From IMG/VR virus record IMGVR_UViG_3300030328_001660, positions 1 to 57,086 of that record: DNA of 57,086 nt. The stretch is one strand, 5' to 3'. How positions within the stretch are numbered: position 1 is the first letter of the stretch; each line of letters begins with the position of its first letter. This document shows, one piece after another, positions 46,738 to 56,081 of the stretch. Source of the stretch: a virus. Its lineage: Duplodnaviria > Caudoviricetes. The position numbers were made by a program, and so were the translations under genes. Below the pieces are notes generated by a model. It was not told where the DNA came from. It saw nothing but the letters and a program-made list of their open reading frames with translations, and did no database searches.

Positions 46738-47114
46738 TGCCCGAGTGGTTGTTCCCCATTAGTCCGGTCGCAGCAAGTAGGCCCCGTGTTTCACGGCGCG
46801 GGGCTTACTTCGCTGGTCCGTACAAAAAATTTAGGACAGAGATGAGGTCTCTAGTTCCTATCGTTCTTGGAGAAAGCTGGGTTCCTTTGGAAGGTAGCTT
46901 GAAAGTTGATCTAGAGTTTTACGTAAAGCAGCCAAAGACAACTAAACTTCCTCAACCCAGAGCTGACATAGACAACTACATTAAATCTATTTTTGATTGT
47001 TGTAACCAAAAACTTTGGATAGACGATGCTCAAATACATTCAGTGTACGCGACAAAACAATGGGCCTCCAAAGGAAAGGACGGCTACTTTATCATAGGAG
47101 TAGATAAGCTATGA
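46737..47114 (+). CDS. rusA: RusA-family Holliday junction resolvase
   Basis: 'PVAASRPRV', 'ADIDNYIKSIFD', 'WIDDAQI'. Confidence 0.88.
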   Translation: MPEWLFPISPVAASRPRVSRRGAYFAGPYKKFRTEMRSLVPIVLGESWVPLEGSLKVDLEFYVKQPKTTKLPQPRADIDNYIKSIFDCCNQKLWIDDAQIHSVYATKQWASKGKDGYFIIGVDKL

Positions 47115-47488
47115 GATATTTACTAGCCTTCTTATTACTAGCGGGATGTCAGACTATCCCAAAAGTACCGGGCAGTACAGAAATCCTGACGACTGCGTTG
47201 AATCAAGAGTCTTCCTCTTGCAATCCAATGCTGGGACTATTAGGAGGGGTGTGCTGTTTGGGTGGCATGATCATGCTAGTTGTGTCGAGAGGACAAATGG
47301 GTTGGAGACCCCTTATCGGCGGGATTGTATTCATCCTAATCAATTATGCCCTAGCAATGTATGCACACTGGTTCTTTATTCCAGTAGCAATATCCACGGG
47401 AGTGATTGGCTTGGCTTATACCACCCGAATAGTTATCAAAATTCTAAAGAACAAAGAACTAAAGGAGTTAAAACTATGGAACTCTTAA
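47111..47488 (+). CDS. Predicted lipoprotein with additional TM helices
   Basis: Lipobox 'LLLAGC' followed by about three hydrophobic segments. Confidence 0.65.
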   Translation: MRYLLAFLLLAGCQTIPKVPGSTEILTTALNQESSSCNPMLGLLGGVCCLGGMIMLVVSRGQMGWRPLIGGIVFILINYALAMYAHWFFIPVAISTGVIGLAYTTRIVIKILKNKELKELKLWNS

Positions 47489-47604
47489 CAGCAAACATTC
47501 TGGGTACAATCTTTTATACCCTCGTAGTCTTCGGACTTGGTGCTCTTAGTGGCAAGAAGATTTGGTATTGGGTAAGAGCATTCTTCCCTTGGAATAGAAA
47601 GTAG
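47476..47604 (+). CDS. Small membrane protein
   Basis: AAGGAG RBS before ATG 47476; one TM helix and a basic tail. Confidence 0.6.
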   Translation: MELLTANILGTIFYTLVVFGLGALSGKKIWYWVRAFFPWNRK

Positions 47605-47609
47605 AACAA

Positions 47610-49328
47610 ATGGCAAAGATGATTTCGAGAGAACAGTGTCCCTCCTGTGCTAAACGCGGGAGGGATACTTCTTGTGACAACCTAGTAGTATTCGAGAATA
47701 ACACTTCTCATTGTTTTAGTTGCGGATATCATAAAGGAGATTCAAATATGCAGGAAACACGCAGCGTAAGTTCAGCTAATACTTCCCCCAACTTTGTTGA
47801 CGGTAAGGTAGAAGCTTTGGGAGATAGAAAGCTAACCGAAAAGACGGCAAGGTTTTATAATTACCAAGTAATTCATAAGTCAGGAGAAAGAGTAGAGATT
47901 GCTTCGTTTTATAGGGAAGGTTCGGTTGTCGGACAAAAACTTCGTGGCCCTAACAAAGCTTTTCAATGGAGAGGAGAGGCCAGTAAGTCTCAACTCTGGG
48001 GCCAACATCTTTGGAAATCCAAGGGAGGCAAGCGTCTTGTTATTACTGAAGGCGAGATTGACTGTATGTCTGTGGCTCAGCTACTTGATTGTAAGTGGCC
48101 GGTCGTATCCTTACCAAACGGTGCAGCGGGTGCTGCTCGATCCATTAAGGATAACCTTGAATTTGTTACTAGCTATGATGAAGTTGTTCTTATGTTTGAT
48201 ATGGATGAAGCAGGACAAGATGCAGTTAAGGCCGTAGCTGATCTACTTCCTCCGGGCAAATGCAAGGTTGCTACGCTTCCTTACAAGGACCCAAACGAGT
48301 GTCTTCTAAAGGGTCAGGGCAAGGCTATTGTCCAAGCCATGTGGGAAGCCACGCTTTATTCACCAGACGAAATTGTCCATGTCTCTAATATCCAGAACGA
48401 TAATAACATGGATGACGTTCGTGTCTACCCATTCCCGTTTGATGGACTATCAGAGTTCCTTCTCGGGCAAAGGTCTGGCGAGATTACCTTATGGGCCTCA
48501 GGTACTGGGTCAGGTAAGTCTACCCTTCTTCGGGAAGTTATTTACCACCACCTAGACGAAGGCCGAAGCGTTGGTGCTATTATGCTTGAGGAATCTCCTC
48601 AGGAAACTATCGATGACATCGTTTCTCTTATGCTTAACAAGCCAGTAAGGGCAATCAGGGCAAAGAAGATGATGAATAAACTCCGAGAAGAATTAGGTAA
48701 GGAACCTATTGACATCTCTGTTATTGATGACCTTACTGATGAGGAGTATGCAGAAGCTAGAAAGCAACTGGCTGGCACAAACTTATACATTTATGATCAC
48801 CTTGGAAACAGCGGACTTCAAAATCTGTGTGCTCGTATTGAGTTCATGGCCGTATCTCTCGGTGTAGATGTTATCGTGCTTGACCACATTACCGCCGCAG
48901 CAGCTGGCCTACTGACTACGGACAATGACTTTGAAGGAGGTAGCTCAGAAAGACTTCTTATTGACAATATTATGAAGGAACTCAGAGCACTCGTATCTAG
49001 AACAGGAGTTAGAATTGATGTCGTATCTCAACTTAAGAAGACGCAAAAGGCTTACGAAGAAGGAGACCGAATCACTCTACAAGACCTTCGTGGTTCTGGC
49101 TCTCTCGCTTCAGTGCCTAACACTGTTATTGCTTTGGAACGAGATAGACAAAATCCAGACAATCGTATTGCGAACACTACAATTGTTAGAGTCCTAAAGA
49201 ACAGGCTTACTGGCAAGTCTGGTATTGCTTCTTGTCTATACTATGACCACGGAACTGGCCGTATGCAAGAGCTTGACTTCGGGATTGATGACGAAGGTAA
49301 TGTCATAAACGATTGGGATGAAGTATGA
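47610..49328 (+). CDS. DNA primase-helicase (T7 gp4-like)
   Basis: Zn finger CPSC...CFSC, TOPRIM 'ITEGEIDC' and 'FDMDEAG', Walker A 'GTGSGKST', 'LDHIT', 'DLRGSGSL', 'LKNRLTG'. Confidence 0.96.
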   Translation: MAKMISREQCPSCAKRGRDTSCDNLVVFENNTSHCFSCGYHKGDSNMQETRSVSSANTSPNFVDGKVEALGDRKLTEKTARFYNYQVIHKSGERVEIASFYREGSVVGQKLRGPNKAFQWRGEASKSQLWGQHLWKSKGGKRLVITEGEIDCMSVAQLLDCKWPVVSLPNGAAGAARSIKDNLEFVTSYDEVVLMFDMDEAGQDAVKAVADLLPPGKCKVATLPYKDPNECLLKGQGKAIVQAMWEATLYSPDEIVHVSNIQNDNNMDDVRVYPFPFDGLSEFLLGQRSGEITLWASGTGSGKSTLLREVIYHHLDEGRSVGAIMLEESPQETIDDIVSLMLNKPVRAIRAKKMMNKLREELGKEPIDISVIDDLTDEEYAEARKQLAGTNLYIYDHLGNSGLQNLCARIEFMAVSLGVDVIVLDHITAAAAGLLTTDNDFEGGSSERLLIDNIMKELRALVSRTGVRIDVVSQLKKTQKAYEEGDRITLQDLRGSGSLASVPNTVIALERDRQNPDNRIANTTIVRVLKNRLTGKSGIASCLYYDHGTGRMQELDFGIDDEGNVINDWDEV

Positions 49329-49969
49329 TTGCAGTAGTGGGCGGTGGCCGTTGCGGTAGTAGCCTAATGATGCAGACTCTGAGCCTGCTGGGTGTCCCCT
49401 TATTGGGGAACCCGGCGGCTCGGACGACGCATCAACTGTGGCAAGCTTACCAAGAAAACTCCGGGGAAATTTTAAATGATCTCCCGATGTCTAAGAATCC
49501 CAAAGGCTACTATGAAATATCATTAAATAAAATAGATGAAATCGTTACCGGGAAAGATAAGAATCTTTATGAAGGTGAAGCCGTTAAGTTTACAACCCCA
49601 GATATCATCGACATTGATCCTGAAAAAATTGAATCAGTTATTTATTGCCGACGCAGAAACATTAGGAAAGCCGCAAAAAGCATGGCCTTACTTGCTCGCC
49701 AAGATTATGAGTACGGTAGAGACAACGACCTAAAGTTTTGTTTCTCTTCTATATACCCTGCGTTCAAAATAAAAGATTGGGAGAAACATATGATCTTATT
49801 TAACGAACGAGTAACAGACTGGCTAAGCAAAATCAAAAAACCCTTTGTTGAAATTTGGTTTGAGGATATGACAAGAAATCCCGAACCAATTATACAACAC
49901 CTTGGGGACTTTTTAAATTTAGATAACCCCGACATATCAGAAGCCCTGAAGAACGTGGAAAAAAGATGA
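49325..49969 (+). CDS. Sulfotransferase-like P-loop protein
   Basis: PAPS-binding-like 'GGGRCGSSLMMQTL', 'NPKGYYE' and 'FEDMTRNPEPIIQHLGDFL'. Confidence 0.7.
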   Translation: MIAVVGGGRCGSSLMMQTLSLLGVPLLGNPAARTTHQLWQAYQENSGEILNDLPMSKNPKGYYEISLNKIDEIVTGKDKNLYEGEAVKFTTPDIIDIDPEKIESVIYCRRRNIRKAAKSMALLARQDYEYGRDNDLKFCFSSIYPAFKIKDWEKHMILFNERVTDWLSKIKKPFVEIWFEDMTRNPEPIIQHLGDFLNLDNPDISEALKNVEKR

Positions 49970-51669
49970 GACTTGTTTTCGACATTGAAGCAAATGGACT
50001 ATCAGAAGTAACTTTAGTTGGACCAAAGAAAAAGATTAGCCCCGAGGCAGATACTATTTGGTGTTTGTGTGTTATTGATATAGACACAGGCAAAGAATAC
50101 TCTTATGGTCCGGGCGAAATCTCGGAGGGAGTAAAGCTCCTTAACAAGGCAACGCTTTTGATTGGGCATAATATTATTGGCTATGATATTCCTATGCTTG
50201 AAAGAGTTCACGGTAAGATCTCAGACTGTAAAATCTTTGATACACTGATTGCATCCCGACTTAAGTATCCCGACAGAGATAACCACCCCTTCGGTGGTAA
50301 CTCTCTTAGGAGTTGGGGTATTCATCTTGGTTGCTTTAAGGATGATTACGATAAAGGCTTTGACTCTTATTGCAAAGAGATGTTATCTTATTGTAAACAA
50401 GACGTAGAAGTAACGCTAAGAGTTTACGAAGCACTAAAGAATGTAGAAGAAGAAATGTCCTTGCCCTTTGCTATTGAGCACGCTATCGCAAAGATCATTG
50501 CAGAACAAACCGATAACGGCATGGGCTTTGATTTGCAAGGTGCTCACGACTTAGAGCAAGAACTTATTATGGAGAGGGTTACTATTGAAGATGAGTTCAA
50601 TACTTTGTTTCCTCCGATAGTAGAAAAAAGATTTCACAAAACAACAGGCAAGCCTCTGAAGGATAAGATAACATACTTCAACCCCGGATCTAGAAAGATG
50701 ATCGCTGAAAGACTTGGGGAAAAGTATGGGTGGATTCCTCCCAAGACAGACAAAGGAAATGCAAAAGTAGACGAGGCTGTTCTGAAAGAATTAAAGTATC
50801 CAGAAGCAGAAAAACTAATTGAGTATTTCTATATTATTAAGCTGCTTGGTTTCATTCGAGACTGGATTACTCGGGCAGTAAACAGCCGGGATGGTAGGAT
50901 TCATTGTAGTATTAATACTCAGGGTGCTGTATCAGGTCGTATGACTTGCAGCCAGCCAAATCTACAACAAGTCTCAAGTGATCCAAGAGCACGCAGTCTA
51001 TTCAAACCAAGGGATGGCTGGGTTCAAGTTGGTATTGATGCCTCTGGGTTAGAAGCTAGGCTGCTTGCCAGCCGTATGGCTAAATATGATGATGGTTCCT
51101 TTGGTGAGGTAGTTCTCAACGGTGACATCCACTCAGCAAACCAAGAAGCCGCTGGATTACCAACAAGAGATTCAGCAAAGACCTTCTTCTTCGCCCTTAT
51201 TTATGGGGCAGGGGACGGTAAGATAGGTAGTATTGTAGGTAAGGGCGCAAAAGCGGGTAAGGAAGTAAAAGAAACCTTCTTCAAGAAGATGCCAGCATTA
51301 AAGAAAGTACTTGACAATTGTCATTTCCAGATTGCAAAGAAAGGTACTGTCACTCTCCTCGATAATAGAGAAGTGCCTTGCCGTGCCAAGCATAAGGCAC
51401 TCAATGTCCAGATCCAAGGCGATGGTGCTATCCTTATGAAGGTAGCCCAAGCAATTTTCAGAAAGAAACTAGAAGCCAAGTATCCTGAGCAGTACTCATT
51501 TATGATGACAGTCCATGATGAATGGCAAGTAGAATGTGACCCTGTAATTGCAGAAGATGTTGGTGCGCTGGGGTGCAAATCCATTGAAGAAGCAGCAGTG
51601 TTTTTAAATTGTAGAATTAAAATGGAAGGGAATGCAATCATTGGTTTTAATTGGAAGGAATGCCATTGA
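49966..51669 (+). CDS. DNA polymerase, family A (T7 gp5-like)
   Basis: Exo 'FDIEANG' and 'GHNIIGYD', 'SGRMTCSQPNLQQV', motif A 'DASGLEAR', motif B 'RDSAKTFFFALIYG', motif C 'VHDEWQ'. Confidence 0.96.
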   Translation: MRLVFDIEANGLSEVTLVGPKKKISPEADTIWCLCVIDIDTGKEYSYGPGEISEGVKLLNKATLLIGHNIIGYDIPMLERVHGKISDCKIFDTLIASRLKYPDRDNHPFGGNSLRSWGIHLGCFKDDYDKGFDSYCKEMLSYCKQDVEVTLRVYEALKNVEEEMSLPFAIEHAIAKIIAEQTDNGMGFDLQGAHDLEQELIMERVTIEDEFNTLFPPIVEKRFHKTTGKPLKDKITYFNPGSRKMIAERLGEKYGWIPPKTDKGNAKVDEAVLKELKYPEAEKLIEYFYIIKLLGFIRDWITRAVNSRDGRIHCSINTQGAVSGRMTCSQPNLQQVSSDPRARSLFKPRDGWVQVGIDASGLEARLLASRMAKYDDGSFGEVVLNGDIHSANQEAAGLPTRDSAKTFFFALIYGAGDGKIGSIVGKGAKAGKEVKETFFKKMPALKKVLDNCHFQIAKKGTVTLLDNREVPCRAKHKALNVQIQGDGAILMKVAQAIFRKKLEAKYPEQYSFMMTVHDEWQVECDPVIAEDVGALGCKSIEEAAVFLNCRIKMEGNAIIGFNWKECH

Positions 51670-52187
51670 AATCTAATGTGTCTGTTTGTTTTTACTCACG
51701 GGATATCTTTGAAAAAGAAAGAATAATACAGTGGCTTGCGTCCACAGACGTAATACATTGTGGTATAATGATTACCCATGAGGACTTGAGTATTGTTTTA
51801 GCTTCTGATAAAAGTCATAACGCAAAGTTTGTAGACAGCAGTGCCTTTCACAGAAGAATGATGAAACCAAAATACATTATTGATTTGGGTGAACACGATG
51901 TTTCCATAAAGCAGTTAGAAAACTTTATGGGAAGGACGTACATAGGTGAAGCTAGGTCTTTAACTTTTTGGTGGTTTGTAGGTAGGTATTTATTTCCTAA
52001 CTATCTCCCTAAAACATGTGCGTTGTTAACCTCACAAATGCTGAGGATATGTGGAATACAAGTTAAGGATCATGTAGGTCCTCATACATTACTAAAGGAA
52101 TTACAAGATGCAACTAATAATAATCGGAGGCCAAGCAGGAGTGGGGAAGACAACCCTAGCTCATCTAATAGCGGAACAAGCGTTTGA
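51651..52187 (+). CDS. Hypothetical protein, possibly permuted papain-like (NlpC/P60, YiiX-type) enzyme
   Basis: N-terminal 'IHCGIMI' and C-terminal 'TCALLTSQML..G' fit a His-before-Cys arrangement. Confidence 0.45.
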   Translation: MEGMPLKSNVSVCFYSRDIFEKERIIQWLASTDVIHCGIMITHEDLSIVLASDKSHNAKFVDSSAFHRRMMKPKYIIDLGEHDVSIKQLENFMGRTYIGEARSLTFWWFVGRYLFPNYLPKTCALLTSQMLRICGIQVKDHVGPHTLLKELQDATNNNRRPSRSGEDNPSSSNSGTSV

Positions 52188-52827
52188 GTTAGGCTTTATT
52201 CCTGTTGTTAGTTCTTTTGCTGGTGCTCTTAAAAAAGCTGCGGCAGAAGCCGGTTGCTCTAAAGAAGAAAAGCCAGAAGAGTACAGAAAGTTTTGTCAAA
52301 CTCATGGAGCAGAAAAGAGAAAAGAAAATCCAGACCATTGGGTAGAGGTCTTTAATGAGTCGTTAAATAAAATAGTCGCAAAAGAAAAAAGAGACCTTAA
52401 CAATAACGAGCGGTACTGGGAGCGTTGTGTAATTGTGGATGACTGTCGATATCCTAATGAGGTCCGCTATGCTATGAAGAAAAAAGCAACAACTTTGTTT
52501 TTAATGTACGGTGATAGGCCCAACCCAAATAGAAATAAGGACTGGACTAAGCACGAATCAGAAGATCTTGCTAATGCAATTTGTAAAAACCCAGACTTAT
52601 TCGGTGACGCTTTCCAGTATTTTATATACAACGATATGTCTCTTAGGGATTTAAAAGAAAAGGTAGATCTTAGTAGCCCCTTTTGGTGCGGAGTCCAAGC
52701 TGATCCAGATGCTCCTCAAAAACTAAAGCAAATTTCTAGATGTATATCTGAGCTTATTGATTTGCTTTTACTAAACGCCCTAGAACAAGACGACAATGAT
52801 TACGATTTTAAGGAAGGTTCAGACTAA
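52108..52827 (+). CDS. Deoxynucleoside monophosphate kinase-like P-loop protein
   Basis: 'GGQAGVGKTT', 'SFAGALK', 'IVDDCRYPNE', 'HESE'. Confidence 0.8.
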   Translation: MQLIIIGGQAGVGKTTLAHLIAEQAFELGFIPVVSSFAGALKKAAAEAGCSKEEKPEEYRKFCQTHGAEKRKENPDHWVEVFNESLNKIVAKEKRDLNNNERYWERCVIVDDCRYPNEVRYAMKKKATTLFLMYGDRPNPNRNKDWTKHESEDLANAICKNPDLFGDAFQYFIYNDMSLRDLKEKVDLSSPFWCGVQADPDAPQKLKQISRCISELIDLLLLNALEQDDNDYDFKEGSD

Positions 52828-53060
52828 TGAATATCACAAGTCACTACGACCCCTATGGTCCGTACACTCTTTCTCAAGGCCGAGCTTATATCAAACACAA
52901 CTATGTTCCTTTTGATTTAGGTAGCCTTGAATTAGAAGAAGTCATTAAAAATAAAATGAAGGTGTTAGCAGAAGACTTAACCAAATGGGAAGAGCTTTTA
53001 AAAGAGAACACGAAAAGGATGAAAAAGCATGTGCCACCAGCCGCAGAAATCGCCATCTAA
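52827..53060 (+). CDS. Hypothetical protein
   Basis: 77 aa, TAATG-coupled. Confidence 0.5.
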   Translation: MNITSHYDPYGPYTLSQGRAYIKHNYVPFDLGSLELEEVIKNKMKVLAEDLTKWEELLKENTKRMKKHVPPAAEIAI

Positions 53061-53784
53061 TTCAGCTATTCTTGATGGAGATATCCTTGCGTATCACACC
53101 GCTTTTTGGGCTGAGTCAAACAACCCCTCTGAGTATCCCAAAAAACTTAAGGAGTTAATTAAAAAGTGGACTCCTAAAGGTGTAGATACAATTAGAATTG
53201 CCTTGTCGTGTAGTCGAGAAGATAATTTTAGAAGAACTGAATGGCCTAACTATAAAATAAATAGGACAGACATGTATGTGCCGGAGTATTTAGGGGATAT
53301 TAAAGATTATATTCAGCATAATTATTTTGTAGAGACCTTGGATACACTAGAAGCCGATGATATTATGGGCATTAATGCACTAGAAAGCATTGCAGTTACC
53401 ATAGACAAGGACCTAAGAGGCGTGGCAGGCTGGCATTTTAATCCGGACAAAGAAAAGAAACCCAGATTCGTTACAGAAGAAGAAGCGTATAGGTTTTTCT
53501 GTAAGCAATGGATGATGGGAGATGCTACTGATTGTATCCCCGGTCTTTGGCGGGTTGGTCCTAAGAAGGCCGACAAATTTCTCGATGAATGGGAAACAGA
53601 TGAGTGGGAAGAGAGAATTTTAGAGCTATATAATACCGAAAAATACCAACTAAAAGATACTTGCGGGCTGTCGCCTGAAGAAGTAGCTATAGCAATGGCA
53701 CGGTGCGTAAAAATTTTAGATCATACTGGATATGATTACGAAACCTTTCAACACATTCTTTGGAACCCTAAAAGTGGGTCATAA
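53029..53784 (+). CDS. 5'-3' exonuclease (T7 gp6-like)
   Basis: 'LDGDILAY', 'NFRR...YKINR', 'LEADDIMG', 'IDKDL', 'GDATDCIPGL..VGPKKA'. Confidence 0.92.
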   Translation: MCHQPQKSPSNSAILDGDILAYHTAFWAESNNPSEYPKKLKELIKKWTPKGVDTIRIALSCSREDNFRRTEWPNYKINRTDMYVPEYLGDIKDYIQHNYFVETLDTLEADDIMGINALESIAVTIDKDLRGVAGWHFNPDKEKKPRFVTEEEAYRFFCKQWMMGDATDCIPGLWRVGPKKADKFLDEWETDEWEERILELYNTEKYQLKDTCGLSPEEVAIAMARCVKILDHTGYDYETFQHILWNPKSGS

Positions 53785-53804
53785 AGACCAGACGGAGTTT
53801 ATAA

Positions 53805-55721
53805 ATGGATAACTTTCAACAGTTTATTGTTACCAGCAAGTATTGCCGGTGGATAGAAGAGGAGAACAGACGAGAGACTTGGGACGAATGTGTTGACAGA
53901 TACTTCGATTATATGATCAGTAGAACTAATGCCTCAACTAACGCTAAGTTAATGTCAGCTTTCCTTAGGGCAAAGGAAATGGTATTAGATAGAGAAATCT
54001 TCCCCTCCATGAGAGGGCTTATGACCGCAGGTCCTGCTGCTGATATTGACGATACTTGTTTGTATAACTGTTCTTATGTAGGAATTAATCGAGTGCGGGC
54101 ATTTAGTGATGTGATGTATATCCTTTGCTGCGGCACCGGGGTTGGCTTCTCTTGTGAGTCTGAGGAGATTAATAATCTTCCTGTAATTCCTGAGGACATT
54201 GAGCGTAAAGAACTAGAAGTTATTCAGGTTCCTGATAGTAGGGTTGGCTGGGCTGATTCTTTCAAGAAACTGTTGAACTGCCTATATGATGGGGTCCACC
54301 CCACATGGGACACCAGCCTAATCAGGCCGTCAGGTGCTAGGCTTAAGACATTTGGCGGGCGTGCGTCTGGTCCAGAGCCTTTGGAGAGACTGTTTAGGTA
54401 CGTAGTAAATGTGTTTAACAAGGCTAAGGGGCGAAAGCTCAGCAGCCTAGAGGTCCATGATATTGTTTGCTTAACTGGAGAGATCGTTATCGCAGGAGCT
54501 GTAAGGCGTTCTGCTTTGATTTCTCTTTCGGATTTGCATGACGATGAGATGGCAAAGGCAAAGTCTGGGCCTTGGTGGGAAACCAGCGGGCATCGTAGCC
54601 TAGCAAATAACTCGGCTGTCTACGAATCCAAACCTACTATGGGAACTTTCTTAAAGGAATGGTCTACGATTTTTGATTCTAGATCGGGAGAAAGGGGTAT
54701 CTGTAATCGAGAGTCCCTTAAATATCTTGCTTCTAGGATTGGTCGAGACGACAACCATAGGTTTGGCACCAACCCTTGCAGCGAAATTATTCTCAGGCCA
54801 AATCAATTCTGCAATCTAACAGAAGTTGTTATTCGTCCTGAAGATACGGAAGAAACCTTGACAGAGAAGGTGAAGTATGCTACATTCTTGGGTACTGTAC
54901 AATCTTCTTGCACTAATTTTACTTACCTCGATGAAGAGTGGAAGAATAATTGTGAAGAAGAAAGACTTCTTGGTGTATCCTTTACGGGGATATACGATAA
55001 CAAACTAATGTCAGGTCAGCTTGGAATGCCCAAGCTAAGGTGGGCTTTGAAAAGTTTAAGAGACACATCACAACTAGAGAACTACAAATGGGCAAAGCAC
55101 TTAGGAATTAACCGAAGCTTAGCAGTAACTTGCTGTAAGCCAAGCGGCACTACAAGTTGTGTAGCTGGTACATCTTCTGGTCTACATCCTAGGTATAGCG
55201 ATTTTTATATTCGTCGTGTTCGTATAGATGTCAAAGATCCTATCTGTCAGTTTATGATTGACCGGGGATTTAAGGCAGAGAAGTGTACTGTTCGTCCAGA
55301 CACTACGGTTGTATTTGCTTTTCCAATGATGTCCCCAAAAGATTCTATTGTCCAAAAAGATTTGTGTCCTATTGATCACTTAGATCTTTGGTTAGAGTAC
55401 CAAACTAACTGGTGTGATCACAAGCCATCTGTAACTATCTCTTACTCAGACGATAAGTTTATGGCTATTGGTGATTGGGTATGGAAGAATTGGAATATGG
55501 TTTCTGGGATTTCATTCCTACCGTATAACGACCACATCTATGAGCAAGCACCATTTGAACCCATAGACGCAAGAACATATAACCTAATGAAAGCCGACAT
55601 GCCCAAAGGCGTGGACTGGTCTGAGCTTTCTAATTACGAAACAGAAGACAACACATCCCAAGAAAAAACACTGGCTTGTTCTGGTGGCTCTTGTGAGGTT
55701 GTTGATCTAATAAAGGAGTAA
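53805..55721 (+). CDS. nrdJ: Class II (adenosylcobalamin-dependent) ribonucleotide reductase
   Basis: 'PSMRGLMTAG', 'YNCSY', 'LKTFGGRASGPEPL', 'VRRSALISL', 'GTNPCSEI', 'KPSGTTS', C-terminal 'ACSGGSCE'. No beta-subunit gene seen. Confidence 0.9.
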   Translation: MDNFQQFIVTSKYCRWIEEENRRETWDECVDRYFDYMISRTNASTNAKLMSAFLRAKEMVLDREIFPSMRGLMTAGPAADIDDTCLYNCSYVGINRVRAFSDVMYILCCGTGVGFSCESEEINNLPVIPEDIERKELEVIQVPDSRVGWADSFKKLLNCLYDGVHPTWDTSLIRPSGARLKTFGGRASGPEPLERLFRYVVNVFNKAKGRKLSSLEVHDIVCLTGEIVIAGAVRRSALISLSDLHDDEMAKAKSGPWWETSGHRSLANNSAVYESKPTMGTFLKEWSTIFDSRSGERGICNRESLKYLASRIGRDDNHRFGTNPCSEIILRPNQFCNLTEVVIRPEDTEETLTEKVKYATFLGTVQSSCTNFTYLDEEWKNNCEEERLLGVSFTGIYDNKLMSGQLGMPKLRWALKSLRDTSQLENYKWAKHLGINRSLAVTCCKPSGTTSCVAGTSSGLHPRYSDFYIRRVRIDVKDPICQFMIDRGFKAEKCTVRPDTTVVFAFPMMSPKDSIVQKDLCPIDHLDLWLEYQTNWCDHKPSVTISYSDDKFMAIGDWVWKNWNMVSGISFLPYNDHIYEQAPFEPIDARTYNLMKADMPKGVDWSELSNYETEDNTSQEKTLACSGGSCEVVDLIKE

Positions 55722-55723
55722 GC

Positions 55724-55963
55724 ATGAGCTTATCTGCACACAACTTAGAAACTGTATATCGAAAGATGAAACTTCGTAGCAATATTATGCCCGCTGAGAT
55801 TATTCTTGTAGTAAAGGATTACATGGTACGCATCGAAGCTCTAGAAGAACAACTAAAGAAAATGCAGGAGGATTGCAATGCCTGTCGAACCGGAATGGAA
55901 GAGACTCCCAAGACTGGACGTAGAACTGGTGGAGTTTCTAAGAAAAAAGTATCCTCCGATTGA
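55724..55963 (+). CDS. Hypothetical coiled-coil protein
   Basis: AAGGAG RBS, 79 aa. Confidence 0.6.
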   Translation: MSLSAHNLETVYRKMKLRSNIMPAEIILVVKDYMVRIEALEEQLKKMQEDCNACRTGMEETPKTGRRTGGVSKKKVSSD

Positions 55964-56078
55964 GTTTAAAAACCAAGACAAGGAAGACTTCTTAAAACAA
56001 GCTATGATGCAAGCCGGTGCTGCTGAGGTTATTGCAAGTATTTCTCGTATTATAGACCTTCAAAATAAAAAGGGGTGA
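55878..56078 (+). CDS. Hypothetical protein
   Basis: AGGAGG RBS, 'ELVEFLRKKYPP...AGAAEVI'; resembles small genes preceding podophage head modules. Confidence 0.6.
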   Translation: MPVEPEWKRLPRLDVELVEFLRKKYPPIEFKNQDKEDFLKQAMMQAGAAEVIASISRIIDLQNKKG

Positions 56079-56081
56079 TCC

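Noticed and set aside
34040-53780. TAAAAGTGGGT at ~34040 and ~53769 as a phage promoter consensus
   Set aside because: Only two copies of an 11-mer, which is expected by chance in 57 kb. I could not find a T7-style ~23-bp repeated promoter by eye; a MEME search is needed.
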